Source: Schizochytrium sp. TIO01 (taxonomy: Eukaryota; Protista; Bigyra: Labyrinthulomycetes). From it: 64,000 nt of DNA. A model generated the notes under the pieces. The model had not been told where the DNA came from. It ran no database searches and worked only from the letters and a program-made list of their open reading frames with translations. The position numbers were made by a program, and so were the translations under genes. The stretch lies in contig SMSO01000034.1 of NCBI GenBank assembly GCA_004764695.1, forward strand, positions 2,480,001 to 2,544,000. The letters are read 5' to 3'. Below, piece by piece: positions 12,002 through 23,600 of this stretch (positions within the stretch are counted from its first letter, which is position 1; each line of letters begins with the position of its first letter).

Positions 12002-15000
12002 TTAGGCCTCCTGGTTGCCAGTCTCATCGATCTCGACGAGGAGGTCACCGCCAAGCATGTTATCACCGACGTTGGTGTGGATGGCCTTGACGCGACCGGC
12101 CACAGGGGCTGCGACGACGGTCTCCATCTTCATGGCACTGAGCACGAGGAGGGGAGTACCGGCCTTGACGATCTCGCCCTGCTTGACGCGGACATCGAGG
12201 ACAACACCGGGCATGGGAGCGCCAACGGAACCGGGCATGTTGGCCACAGCCTTGGGGCGCTCGGTGGTGGCAACACCTGCCTTCTGGTCAAGCACGCGGA
12301 TGACACGCTGGCGACCGTTCATCTCAAAGATGATGTCGCGCTTGCCATCCTTCTGGCTGACGCCACCGACAGCAATGAGCTTGACGTATACGGTCTTACC
12401 GTGCTCGAGCTCAATGGCGACCTCCTGGTCAACCTCAAGACCAGTCAGGAAGGTGTGGGTATCGAAGACCTTCATGTCACCAAACTCAGACTTGAACTTC
12501 ATGAAGCCATCAAAGACATCCGGGTAGAGAGCGTGGGACATGACGTCGAGCTCGCTGATCTTATCGGCTCCGTACTTGGCCTCGAGCTGCTTCTGGGCAG
12601 CCTCAAAGTCGTACGGCTCCATCTCAGCACCAGGGCGGGCCTCGAACATGGACTTGCCGTTCGGGAGGGTTTTTCCCTTGAGCACGCGGGAGCGGAGGGG
12701 CTCAGGGAAACCGTGGTGAGGGATACCGAGGTAGCCCTGGAAGTACTCGATGACGGACTTGGGGAAGGAGAGAGTCTCAGCCTTCTCAACAACCTCCTCA
12801 GCGGTGAGGTTGTTCTGGACGATGAACTGGGCAAAGTCACCGACAACCTTGGAGGACGGGGTCACCTTGATGATGTCTCCGAGGAGGTGGTTGGCGGTGG
12901 CGTAAGCCTTCTTGATGGCGGGCCACTGGCCAGCAAGACCGAGCTGCTTGGACTGGTACATCAAGTTGGTGTACTGGCCACCAGGCATCTCATGGAGGTA
13001 GACATCGGCGGAACCAGACATCTGACCAGACTCGAAGGGAGCATAGACTCCACGAACGGTCTCCCAGTACTCATCGATAGGAACGATTTCTTCAACGTCG
13101 ACACCGGTGTCAAGCTCAGTGCCCTTGAGGGAGTTGACGATGGCACCCATGGAAGGCTGCGAGGTAGTTCCAGACATGGCATCGGTGGCACAGTCAACAG
13201 CATCTGCTCCAGCGTAAGCACACTCAAGCATGGAGGTGACTCCAGTACCGGCAGTGTCGTGGGTGTGGACATGAATGGGGAGGTCAGGGAACTCCTTGCG
13301 GATGGCGCCAACAAGGATCTTAGCAGCCTGGGGCTTGAGGAGACCAGCCATATCCTTAATGGCAAGAACGTGGATGCCCTCATTCACAAGCTGGCGGACA
13401 AAGTCCAAGTAGTACTCGAGGTTGTACTGGCCGCGAGTGGGGTCAGAGACATCTCCGGTGTAGCAGACGACGGCCTCAATGATACCGCCGGCAGATCCGA
13501 CAGCGTCAATTCCAAGACGCATGTTCTCAAGGTAGTTGAGAGAGTCGAAGACACGGAAGACATCCATACCGGTGCGCTGGGCCTGCTCACAGAACTTGAA
13601 GACCACGTTATCAGGGTAGCTAGTGTATCCAACGGCGTTGGCGCCACGGAGAAGCATTTGGAATGGGATGTCAGGCACCTTCTCACGGAGGCTGGCAAGA
13701 CGCTCCCAGGGGTCCTCACGGAGGAATCTCATGGAGACATCAAAGGTGGCACCACCCCACATCTCGATGGAGTAGGCGTTGCGCATGGCAATGGCTGTGG
13801 CAGGTGCAATGGTCTCAAGGTCCTTGGTGCGAACACGGGTGGCGAGCAGGGACTGGTGAGCATCGCGCCAAGTGGTGTCAGTGAGAAGAAGACCCTTGTG
13901 CTCGCGGACGGCCTTGGCAAAGGCCTGAGCGCCATCCTCGACGTAGATTTGACGCAGAGAGCGCTTGTTGGAGGGCTCAGGAGTGTTGAGAACGGGCACA
14001 ATCGGAGTGACATTGGAGGGTGCAGGGCCGGTGGCGCCGAGGGACTTCTCAGGGCCGTTGACGATGGTGTTACCAATGTACTTGAGAAGGCGCTGGCCAC
14101 GGTTGTCAGAACGGCGGGGCTTGACAAGGTTGGGGTTCTCAGCAATAAAGCTGGTGTCAATGTTGCCGGCAATGAAGTCGGGGTGGTTGAGCACGTTGGT
14201 GAGGAAGCTCTTGTTGGTGGTAACACCACGAACACGGAACTCGGCAAGAGCGCGCTTCAGCTTGTAGGCACAGTCGTCACGGTTCAAGGCACGAGCAGTG
14301 AGCTTGACGAGCAGAGAGTCGTAGTGAGGAGTGATGTGAGCGTTGACGAAACCGGGGCCATCATCAACACGGATACCCATGCCACCAGGGCTGCGGAAGA
14401 CCTCGATGACGCCGGAGTCCGGCTGGAATCCAGTGGCGGGATCCTCAGTGGTGACACGGCACTGCATGGCGTGACCACGGATGGAGATGTTCTCCTGCTT
14501 GAGGCCAAGGTCCTCGAGAGTCTCACCGCGAGCAATGCGAATCTGGCTCTGGACAAGGTCAATTCCAGTGATCTCCTCAGTGATGGTGTGCTCGACCTGG
14601 ATACGCGGGTTGACCTCAATGAAGTAGTGGCGTCCGAGTTTGTCCACAAGGAACTCAACGGTACCGGCGTTCTTGTACTTGGCGGCAGCGGTGAGACGGA
14701 CAGCATCGTCAATCATAGCCTTCTCGACAGCAGGGTCAAGGCCAATGGCGGGGGCGGTCTCGAGGACCTTCTGGTGACGGCGCTGGACAGAGCAGTCACG
14801 GTGGTAAAGGTGAACGACGTTACCCTGGCCGTCACCAAGAATCTGCACCTCGATGTGGCGAGGGCGGTCGACGTAGCGCTCGATGAAGACAGTACCATCG
14901 CCGAAGGCAGACAGCGCCTCAGAACTGGCACGCTTGAAGTTCTCCTCGAGCTCATCAGCGGAGTTGACAACGCGCATTCCGCGGCCACCACCACCCATGC

Positions 15001-15577
15001 TGGCCTTGATGATGACGGGGTATCCGACACCGTCATCGATGAAGGCCTTGGCCTCCTCGAAGGTGGACACAGGTCCAGGGGTACCAGGCACAACGGGGAC
15101 GTTGTTCTCAATGGCGATCTGGCGAGCTGCAGTCTTGTCTCCGAAGCGGGCAAGGTTCTCGGGTGTGGGTCCGACAAAGGTGATGCCGTTGGCAGCGCAC
15201 TCTTTGGCGAATCCTACGTTCTCAGAGAGGAAACCATATCCGGGGTGGATAGCGTCGATCTTGTTGTCCTTGGCAATCTTGATGATAGACGGGATGTCGA
15301 GGTAGGCTCCGACGGGGGTCTTGCCCTCACCGACCTGGAAAGACTCATCAGCCTTGTAGCGGTGCTGTGTGAAGCGGTCCTCGCGTGAGAAAATACCCAC
15401 GGAGCGCATACCAAGCTCGTTGGTGGCACGCATGATACGGGTGGCAATTTCACCACGGTTGGCGGCCATGATCTTCTTGAAGGTGCTGGCATCGCGAACC
15501 GCGAAGAGCTGCACAGCGCTGCTGCGCAGGCTCTGCCGAGCACGGGCATTGCCCGAGAGGAGGTGGGAACGGAACAT
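12002..15577 (-). CDS. PYC: Pyruvate carboxylase (single-chain, intronless), probable mitochondrial presequence
   Basis: 1191-aa ORF. Biotin carboxylase (ANRGEIA, HPGYGFLSEN, GGGGRGMR, RDCSVQRRHQK, EVNPRIQVEH), carboxyltransferase (RDAHQSL, WGGATFD, IKDMAG, HVHTHD) and biotinyl domain (AMKM). The N-terminus is Arg/Ser-rich and lacks acidic residues for its first 28 aa. Confidence 0.98.
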   Translation of the reverse strand: MFRSHLLSGNARARQSLRSSAVQLFAVRDASTFKKIMAANRGEIATRIMRATNELGMRSVGIFSREDRFTQHRYKADESFQVGEGKTPVGAYLDIPSIIKIAKDNKIDAIHPGYGFLSENVGFAKECAANGITFVGPTPENLARFGDKTAARQIAIENNVPVVPGTPGPVSTFEEAKAFIDDGVGYPVIIKASMGGGGRGMRVVNSADELEENFKRASSEALSAFGDGTVFIERYVDRPRHIEVQILGDGQGNVVHLYHRDCSVQRRHQKVLETAPAIGLDPAVEKAMIDDAVRLTAAAKYKNAGTVEFLVDKLGRHYFIEVNPRIQVEHTITEEITGIDLVQSQIRIARGETLEDLGLKQENISIRGHAMQCRVTTEDPATGFQPDSGVIEVFRSPGGMGIRVDDGPGFVNAHITPHYDSLLVKLTARALNRDDCAYKLKRALAEFRVRGVTTNKSFLTNVLNHPDFIAGNIDTSFIAENPNLVKPRRSDNRGQRLLKYIGNTIVNGPEKSLGATGPAPSNVTPIVPVLNTPEPSNKRSLRQIYVEDGAQAFAKAVREHKGLLLTDTTWRDAHQSLLATRVRTKDLETIAPATAIAMRNAYSIEMWGGATFDVSMRFLREDPWERLASLREKVPDIPFQMLLRGANAVGYTSYPDNVVFKFCEQAQRTGMDVFRVFDSLNYLENMRLGIDAVGSAGGIIEAVVCYTGDVSDPTRGQYNLEYYLDFVRQLVNEGIHVLAIKDMAGLLKPQAAKILVGAIRKEFPDLPIHVHTHDTAGTGVTSMLECAYAGADAVDCATDAMSGTTSQPSMGAIVNSLKGTELDTGVDVEEIVPIDEYWETVRGVYAPFESGQMSGSADVYLHEMPGGQYTNLMYQSKQLGLAGQWPAIKKAYATANHLLGDIIKVTPSSKVVGDFAQFIVQNNLTAEEVVEKAETLSFPKSVIEYFQGYLGIPHHGFPEPLRSRVLKGKTLPNGKSMFEARPGAEMEPYDFEAAQKQLEAKYGADKISELDVMSHALYPDVFDGFMKFKSEFGDMKVFDTHTFLTGLEVDQEVAIELEHGKTVYVKLIAVGGVSQKDGKRDIIFEMNGRQRVIRVLDQKAGVATTERPKAVANMPGSVGAPMPGVVLDVRVKQGEIVKAGTPLLVLSAMKMETVVAAPVAGRVKAIHTNVGDNMLGGDLLVEIDETGNQEA

Positions 15578-15749
15578 TGTGATAGAGCTAACGGGTCTCT
15601 CTGGCGTGCTTGACCTTTATCAAGCCTCGCCAAGCGGTTCACGCTCGAAAGAGAATTGCTGACATCCGCATCCTCAATTTTACATCTCCATCCTCAATTT
15701 CCATCGCTCTAGTGTAATGCCCTCCAAAACCTCTTTTTACACTGTCCTC

Positions 15750-18700
15750 CCATGCTTAGCCCTTTTCTAGCCTTATGCCTAGGACTGCTCCCTCTCTAAG
15801 CCCTCCCCCTAACAACCTCCATTTTTTTTCTTTTTCTTTTTCTTTTTCTATTTCATTCCATTTCATTTCTCTTCTTTTCTTTTCTTTCCTTTTGCAAGTT
15901 CCTTCTTCAAGTTCTTTTTCTCGTGTAATTGTTTCTCTCTCTCTCTTTTTTTTTCTCTCTACACCAAAACAAAAAGTCAAAACAAGAAAAGAAAGGTTGT
16001 TAGAGCTCTCTCTTTCCTACTACTTCTTTCTCGCAGCTCTTATTTTAAAAGCAGCAAATGTTCCTTTGCCACCAACGGCGCGCTTAAAGAGCATACGATT
16101 ACGACCTTTGATTCGCTTCTTTCCAAGTTTACCTCTTTTTCTTTTTTCTTTTTTTTTAATCGAATAAAACTACTTTGACAAAATCACTCCATAGAAAGAA
16201 AACACAGCGCCATCCGCCTCAAAGAAAGCGAGAAAAATGGCTTTTCTTTCCAGCTCCATCAAGAAAGAAGTCAGCCAAGCAAATGTGCAAATGAAATGCC
16301 TTCAATCAACAGAACAGTCCCGCTTCAAAGACAGTCGTAGCGTACAAACATATATCATCTTTTTGCAAATAAGCCACCTCCCTTAAAGAAAACTGAGCAC
16401 ATATACTAAGAACTTATTTTATTATTAAAAAACAAAAACAAAAAAAACTTAAAAAACTTAAAAAACTTAAACAGCGTAAACAACTTTTCTTGAAAACTAA
16501 ACCAAAGAACCTCTTCGCCTCCTTTGCCCTTAAGGACACCCAGCCTCTGTCCTTTTGCGCGAAGGCGCCTCTACGTTTATTTGTTCATGCTGCTCCTAAA
16601 CATCTCTTTCACTTTATAAAAATGATCAAAATAAAGCGTGTAAACATGTATTCCAGGTCTTCTTCATTCTTCTCTTTGCTGCAGATTGGCTTCTTCCTTC
16701 CTTCCTTGCTTCCTTCCTTCCTTTCTTCCTTTCTTTCATTCTTTCTTTCATTCTTTCTTTCATTCTTTCTTTCAATCGCTCTTTATGCTGAGAGAGAGAG
16801 AGAGGCAAAGCCGGCGTACAAATAAAGAAGAGGGACGCTCAGACAGTTAGTTGCTTCGTTCTTTCAGGTCCCTCTGCTAACAATAATACCCTTCGGACTG
16901 TTTATCATCCCAATCCACCCTCCACGGCGTCTCCCTTGTGAGGGACGAATAGTCCCTGTGCCTTATCATTTCCTCGTAAACCACGCCTCATTCCTCAGAT
17001 GAGCGAACAGACTGAAAGAAGAAGGAAAGAAAATCAGCGCCCAATAATCGATTGCTCTCATTAAATTTAATTTAAAAAAAAAAACACTTTTTATAAAATA
17101 AAATAAAATAAATGATTTAAAATAATTTAAAATGAAACAACAAAAGAACTAACACACCACAAATGGGCGAATCGCTGCGAAGATCTTCGCCATTTCGCCA
17201 AACTTCGTGCGCGGGGCCTCGAAAGGACGCTCTGATCTCTCCGCGCTCATCGAGAGCGAGTCAGTTCGCTTTCCGCGAATCGCAGGAACCAGCGGCCTCG
17301 AGCTTGCATTGAAGTCTTCTTCTTTCCTTTTTCCCTGCCCTTCTTCGAGTTTCCCAAACAAACCGAGTTTACAATCAATCAATCAATCAATCAATCAGTC
17401 AACAAATCAGCAAATCAACAAATCAATGAAAGAATAAACAGCAAAGTAAAACATCCAAGTTTAACAAAACATTCCAACAGTCCAACAAACAGACAAAGAA
17501 AAGGGCTCCGCCTAATACTGTACTTTTGGAAAGCGCCACTGATTTGGTAGATCTCAAGGGTTCTTAGGCGTGGCGCAGCGCATTCTCTGCGATGAAATCC
17601 CTGCGAGCGAGCGAGAAGTCAGACTGCCATGCGTTTAACGAGAGGTATGCACGTCCGTATCCGTATCCTCCACTCGCTCCTTTATTCCACGTGGATAACC
17701 TGCATCTCCTATGCCGCCATTTCGCCCTCATCTTCTGAGCTCTACTCCACAGAACATTAATTATTATGAAGCTTGGTCTTACGGTACCTACGTACCTTCC
17801 TGCTAATCCTTTTTTTTCCTTTTCTTGCCTTTTCTTTTCTATTTCAAGGTTGTTTGTCTGTCTTATGCACTCATTCATTCACTCACTCACTCATTCATTC
17901 ATTCATTCACGCATTCGTTCGATCATTCGTTCCTTTCCTTTCCTTGCTCATTGATTTCTTTGTTGGTTCATTTATCTGTTTACTGTGCGTTTGTTTGCAT
18001 TGTTTATATGCTTTGGTTTACAACAGAAGGTAGAAAGCAGCACATCCTACATACATAAATACATACATATATACATACATATATACATACAGAGATACAT
18101 ACATACATACATACAGAGATACATGGTCCTGGACATTGGCTCCTCCCGCTCTCTCAGCACGCCGCTCTGAGCGCGTACGTATCAGCATCGTCGCCGCCGG
18201 CTTCCACCCAAGGTGCTCTGCAGGAGGGGTCCTTCACGCCGGGTTGCTTTTCTTTTTTGGGGGAGGATTACAGAGACGCCGCTGCTGTGCTCTCCGCCGC
18301 CTTGGGTCGCTGAAGACAGCGCTGGTCGCTAAAATCTCATGGTTCCTCACGTACCCATCGACAGACAGACAGACGAACTGTTCAAGAGACAAAGAGACAA
18401 AGAGACAAAGAAACCAAGAAACCAAGAAACAAACACAGTCGGGCTCCAAGACTTGTTCTTCGTCTTCGCCATGACCTCAAGCGTATCCCCGGACTAGCTA
18501 CCGATTCGCAGGTCGAAACGGATGCCTGGATTCTCGCTCTCAGATTGGCGCTTCCGCAGACCTCGTGCTCAGGATTCGTCTTTTCTTGACTGCAGCCGCG
18601 CCTCCTCCAGCATCCAAGACGGCGGGCATTCGTGAAATAAATGGCATGAATAAATAAATGGCACGCACAATAAATGGCATGCGGATCAATATACAGCGCA

Positions 18701-21700
18701 GGTTCGCTCGCGTGTGAACGAACGTGTGTATTCTCATTGTATATTCATTCGTATCGCTGGCTGGCCGTAGGTACGAATGGGCCAGACCGCCTTGCATTAC
18801 AAGGTTTCCGAAGCCATTTCATTTCGACGCCTGGCCCATGGACTGCTGCTATTGAGTCATCAGCGTGAGTGAGTGAGTGAGTGAGTGAGTTTCCGGACGA
18901 GGCGCTTCCTGCTCGGGTCGTCGTCGTCGTCGTCGTCGTCGTCGTCCAGCTGGCCTCGATGGACGCTGCTGTCACAAATTCCAAGCGAGCGAGCTCCAGG
19001 AATTTCTTTTGCAGTGCCTTTCAAGAGCAGTCTTCGCCCTCCGTTTGGTTTCCTCCCTTTGGCTTTGGCCTGAGTTGATTGACGTGGTTGACTTGGTTTG
19101 TTTGCATGTGTCTGCGCAACGAGACAGCTCTTTCTTGGAGCACCACTTCATGAGCTCCATCTCACGATTCCATCACAGAATCAATTCCACTCCACCTCCA
19201 TCGCAAACAAAGGCCTCCGAGTGGTGACCCTGTGAGGGGATTCAGAACCAGCAGCGTTGATGTTGATCGTCGCGGCTGAGTTTCGAGACGATACTGTTCA
19301 ACTCGCAATTCGAGGTTGTCTGCGCGGTTGTTGACGATCTCGGGCTCATTGAGCACACGCTATCTATCTGTACGTTTCGAGGGACCGGCACCGGGTTCAC
19401 GCTGGCGCCCATGGTGGACCAGCAAAGGCCTGCGCAATGAACGCTGCTCGCCCTCATTTTGCGCAAGCTGTCCGGCGTCTCCACGAGGCTGGCGCTGGCC
19501 CCGTTCGCCCGGTTGCCGTTCTCGCGGCAGTCTAGCAGCACGTCTTGGAATCCTCGAATTCATCGCAAGTCTTACAGGGAAGTAATTACACCCGCGGCGC
19601 TTCGCGCAGACCTAGCTCTTGGCAGCTCTTGGCAGCCTCCAGCCTCTTCGCGTGCTCGAGATCGCGGCGACTTGGGAGCTGCCGCTGCCGCCGTCGAGAT
19701 CGCCAACGTTGTCCTCATCGCCGTCTTCTTCACCATCGCCAATAGCTTACGCAGGCAGAGATGGATAGATCCCAGCGCCGGTCCCAATCCCAGCGCGGTG
19801 TCAATTCGCAAGCAAGCAAGCAGGCACAGAACGCGAGGCTCCAGCCTCCTTCTGTGAAGTAGAACTGCCTGCCACGCACGCTGCCTTGTCTTCCCGCCGC
19901 TGCCAGAAGGGCTCGAGGCCGTCCACGCGCGCCGTCTTCGCGCTCGTGGACCTCTTCTTCTTCTTCTTCTTCTTCTTCTCGAGAATCTATTATCTATTTC
20001 TTCGTCCCATATCCTTTGTATCTTTTTCCTCTCTTTTCTCTCTTTTCTTTCTTTTCTTTCACCTGCTTTTGCCCCTTTTCTTCTCTTTCTTTCTTCTTCT
20101 TTCTCTTCTTCGTTTCTTTCACGAAATTATCTTTTCCTGCGTCTTAGTGTATCTTCTTCTCTTCTTCTTTTCCAATAATTTGAATTTCGAATTTCGAATT
20201 TCGAATTTCGAATTTCGAATTTTGAATTTTGAAATTTGAAATAAAATTTAAATTTTAGTTTCAAATAGAAACACATTTTTTTTAATAAATGAAAACGTTT
20301 TAGCTGAGAATAGATATTCTTTCTTTTAGTCGCAGCATTGGATGTTACTTTGGGCAGAGCGCCTTATTAACAAATACGCAAAGCCTAAGATAACTCCTAC
20401 GACAGTCGCTTTTAGTACCTACCTACACCACACTAACAGTGCTTAGGCAGGCGGCTAGCTGCACTTGGAACCTTGGAGGGAAAGGAAAAGAAGACTAAAG
20501 CAGACCAAAGCAGAGCAGAGCAGAGCAAAGAGAAGGAAGAAGGAAAAGAAAAAAAGAAAAGAGAAAAGAGAAGAGGATGGAAGGCTTCATAGAATCGCCG
20601 TCATCGCTTTTGTTTTCACGGTTATCTCACAGCGCTTTTTCCCTTCGGGTTCCTGCTCTCCTTCCTCCTAATAGTGTCTCCTCAGCAGTCTCTTCATACC
20701 CTCCATATCCAGGAAAAAGAGACATTTACACATACATATACATACATTATGAATGAATGAATGAATGAATGAATGAATGAATGAATGAATGATACATACA
20801 TACATACGCCTGGACTACCTATTTTCCAACAACAGTCAGCTTGAAGTATGTACTTTGTATTGCGCACTATGAAGCAGACATACCTACATACCTACATAGA
20901 TTCATTCACCCATCTTGTGTTGCGGTGGTTATCCTGCATTACAATCGTATTGCCCTCCTTCGATTCTGTGCAGCGTTGCAATTGTGATCCAATCTGACGT
21001 AATCTTACCAAATGTAATGCAGCGCTTTGAAACATAATGTAACGCAACGCAATGCTTTCAATGCAATGCAATGCAATGCAATGAAGTGCAGTGCAGTGCA
21101 GTGCAATGGGATATTTATTGCGATGGGGTATTTACCGCATTGGAATATTGCGATGGATTGTTACAATGGAAGTTCGCAATGGAATGTTGCTGTAGAACAT
21201 TGCAATGGAATGCTCTGTTCGCGTGAAGGCCTCTGCCGCAAACTCCGCTTCAGACCTGCCGAACGAAGTCTCCGGACCTCGAGCACCTTTCCATCGAGGA
21301 GGAGCAGCAGCAGGAGGAGGTCTCAGCCCGAGTTTATGACTTCTTCGAGCACGAGTTTTCACGCACGATTGTCAATCGCATTGCTTATCTCAGCAAAGAT
21401 CGCACACCTAAGATCACCATCAGAAAGTCCTCGAAACCCTGAAAGCCGTCCAATCGCTCCGCCGTGAAGAAAGCAAAGCTTTCCAAAGCAGAGCAAACTC
21501 ACCGTCGACCGCCACCTTCGCAGAGCTTGGAGACCCGCACTTGGACGGCTTCGGTTGAGCCAAACAGCAGATAGATAGCCACTGCGCCCACGGGGTCGCG
21601 GGCGCAGCCCACTTTCAGGTCCTTCGCCAGAGACGAGGTGCGCGGCCGATCCCGCGCTTCTGCGTATTAGTATGCGTTTTGGGGCCTCCTAGGCGCCTGC

Positions 21701-23422
21701 TACCGCGAGGGCTAGCGCTCGCGAGAGACGCGGTCTGTGGGAGAACCGAGGGAAACGAGCAAATTTTCTGTTCATAGAACCTGCATCTTCGAAAAGAAAA
21801 GATGAGGAAATCCTGAAGACAACTTCTTCTGAGTCTAATTCGAATTCTAATTCGAATTAGAATTGTAATTGTAATTGTGATTGTAATTGTAATTCTTCTT
21901 CTTTCCGCCTGCTGGTCGTTAGCACTGCTGCGGCTGCTGCTGTTTGCGCGAAATGGACTCAGCGGCGTTGCTTGGGCAGCAGAAGAAGCAGGCGAAGGCG
22001 GCCTGTATCCAGGAGCGGAGGCGCAGAGACTGCAGACTTAGATCGTGAGCAGACGGAAAGAAAAGAAAAGGAAAGAAAAGGAAAGCAAAGGAAAGAAAAG
22101 GAAAGAAAAGAAAAGGAAAGAAAAGAAAAGCCAAAGCAAACACCGCACCCAAAGCTAGAAGTACCTACAGCTTAATTTCCTGTCTCCTTTCTCCCAACTT
22201 TACGAAGGTGTTTTATAATTATAATTAACTTTTGATATTGCGAATAAATAGAACAGAAGCAGACAGACAGAAAGAAAGAGAGAAAGAAAGAAAGAAAGGG
22301 AAAAAAGTACTTCTTGTAAAGTAGAACAGAATTAAGTCATAACGCGTTTCTATTCTTTTCTCGCCTCAGCTCTAAGGAAAGGAAACAGACATTAGAAAAA
22401 GGGGAAATGCAATACACGCAGGAATTCAATCCATCAAGGCCGAAGAAGGCGCCGGAAAGCGCGTGGTTCGAGCCTGAATAAAGCGGCGTTATCGCCGGCC
22501 TCAGTGAGGAGACAGGTCGGCATCATGCAAAGTCAGGCGGCTTCGCTCCGGTTTTCAACGCCCTGCCGTTCCAAAGGCCTACTTTCTGCAGGCTTTTGCG
22601 CTGCTTCAGAGCAGAGCTTGGCGCGAAGAGGCCTACATACATAAAAGGAGTCCAGAGAAGCTTTTCTTTTCCTCTTTTCCACCTTTAGAACGACTCAGTC
22701 GCCTAAGTAAGTATCTTCTGCCTTCTTTGAAAAAGAAAAGGAATTATTTATTTTTGAAAAAAAAAAAGAAGAAAAAAAAGCGAAACTAAACGAAACCAAA
22801 TGAGCATTTTTTATGAAGAAAAGGTAAACTACGCTGATTGAAGCAACCACAACTCGTCTTCTTCTTCTTCTTCGACCCGTGAAAACCCACTTCGCATCGC
22901 CTCCCATAGAACCAAACGTCAGTCAAAACAAAGCAAACCGTCGTCAGTTTCCTTTGGCCTTTCACCATTATCGCCATCGAAGACCCTAAATAGCCCCTTT
23001 TCCCTTTTTCAAAGAAAAAAAGTTGGGCCCTTTTATCTGCTGTTACATTACTTTTCTTTTCGAAATTAGAACCACCGTGCCAAAGCGCCGCCCCGGGAGT
23101 TGCCGGGAGGCGCCTAAGGGGTGCGAAGGGCATGTATAATAGATATGTTATGTATGTGTATGTGTATGAGTGGGTATATGGTGGTTAGTGAGAGCGGGAT
23201 TTGAAGCGTATGAGGACGCAGAGCGAGAAAGAAAGAAAGAAAGAGAAATGAAGAGTGCAGTAGAAATAAGCACAGAGTCCGCAGAGCAAAGGCGCGAACA
23301 TCGAAGGACTTTCACTTCTTCTGCGAAGGCTTTCGCTCTTCTTGAAGGTAGTAGGACGATACTGAATGGATTTAGAAAAGGTGCGTCTCTCGAGGAACTC
23401 ACTCTCAATGAAGTGAGTGACT

Positions 23423-23462
<40 letters not shown>

Positions 23463-23600
23463 GCTTTCTTGCTTTCTTGCTTTCTTTCTTGCTTTCTTTC
23501 TTGCTTTCTTTCAAGTTCTTTCTTTCTCTGGAATTCATATCTACAGACATACATACGAACATACATACATATATACACTGCACTTGTTTCCAGTTAGTTC
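15750..23600. repeat. Microsatellite and low-complexity-rich intergenic region
   Basis: (TTTC)n, (ATCA)n, (CATA)n, (GTC)n ~18917-18946, (GAAT)n 20749-20792, (AATGC)n ~21060, (GAAAA)n ~22056-22130 and (TTCGAAT)n 20177-20242. ORFs here are translations of these repeats. Confidence 0.9.

Noticed and set aside
11990-15388. 1132-aa plus-strand ORF
   Set aside because: Codon-aligned antisense shadow of pyruvate carboxylase. Biased codon usage (few TTA/CTA/TCA codons) removes antisense stops, and it has no protein motifs.
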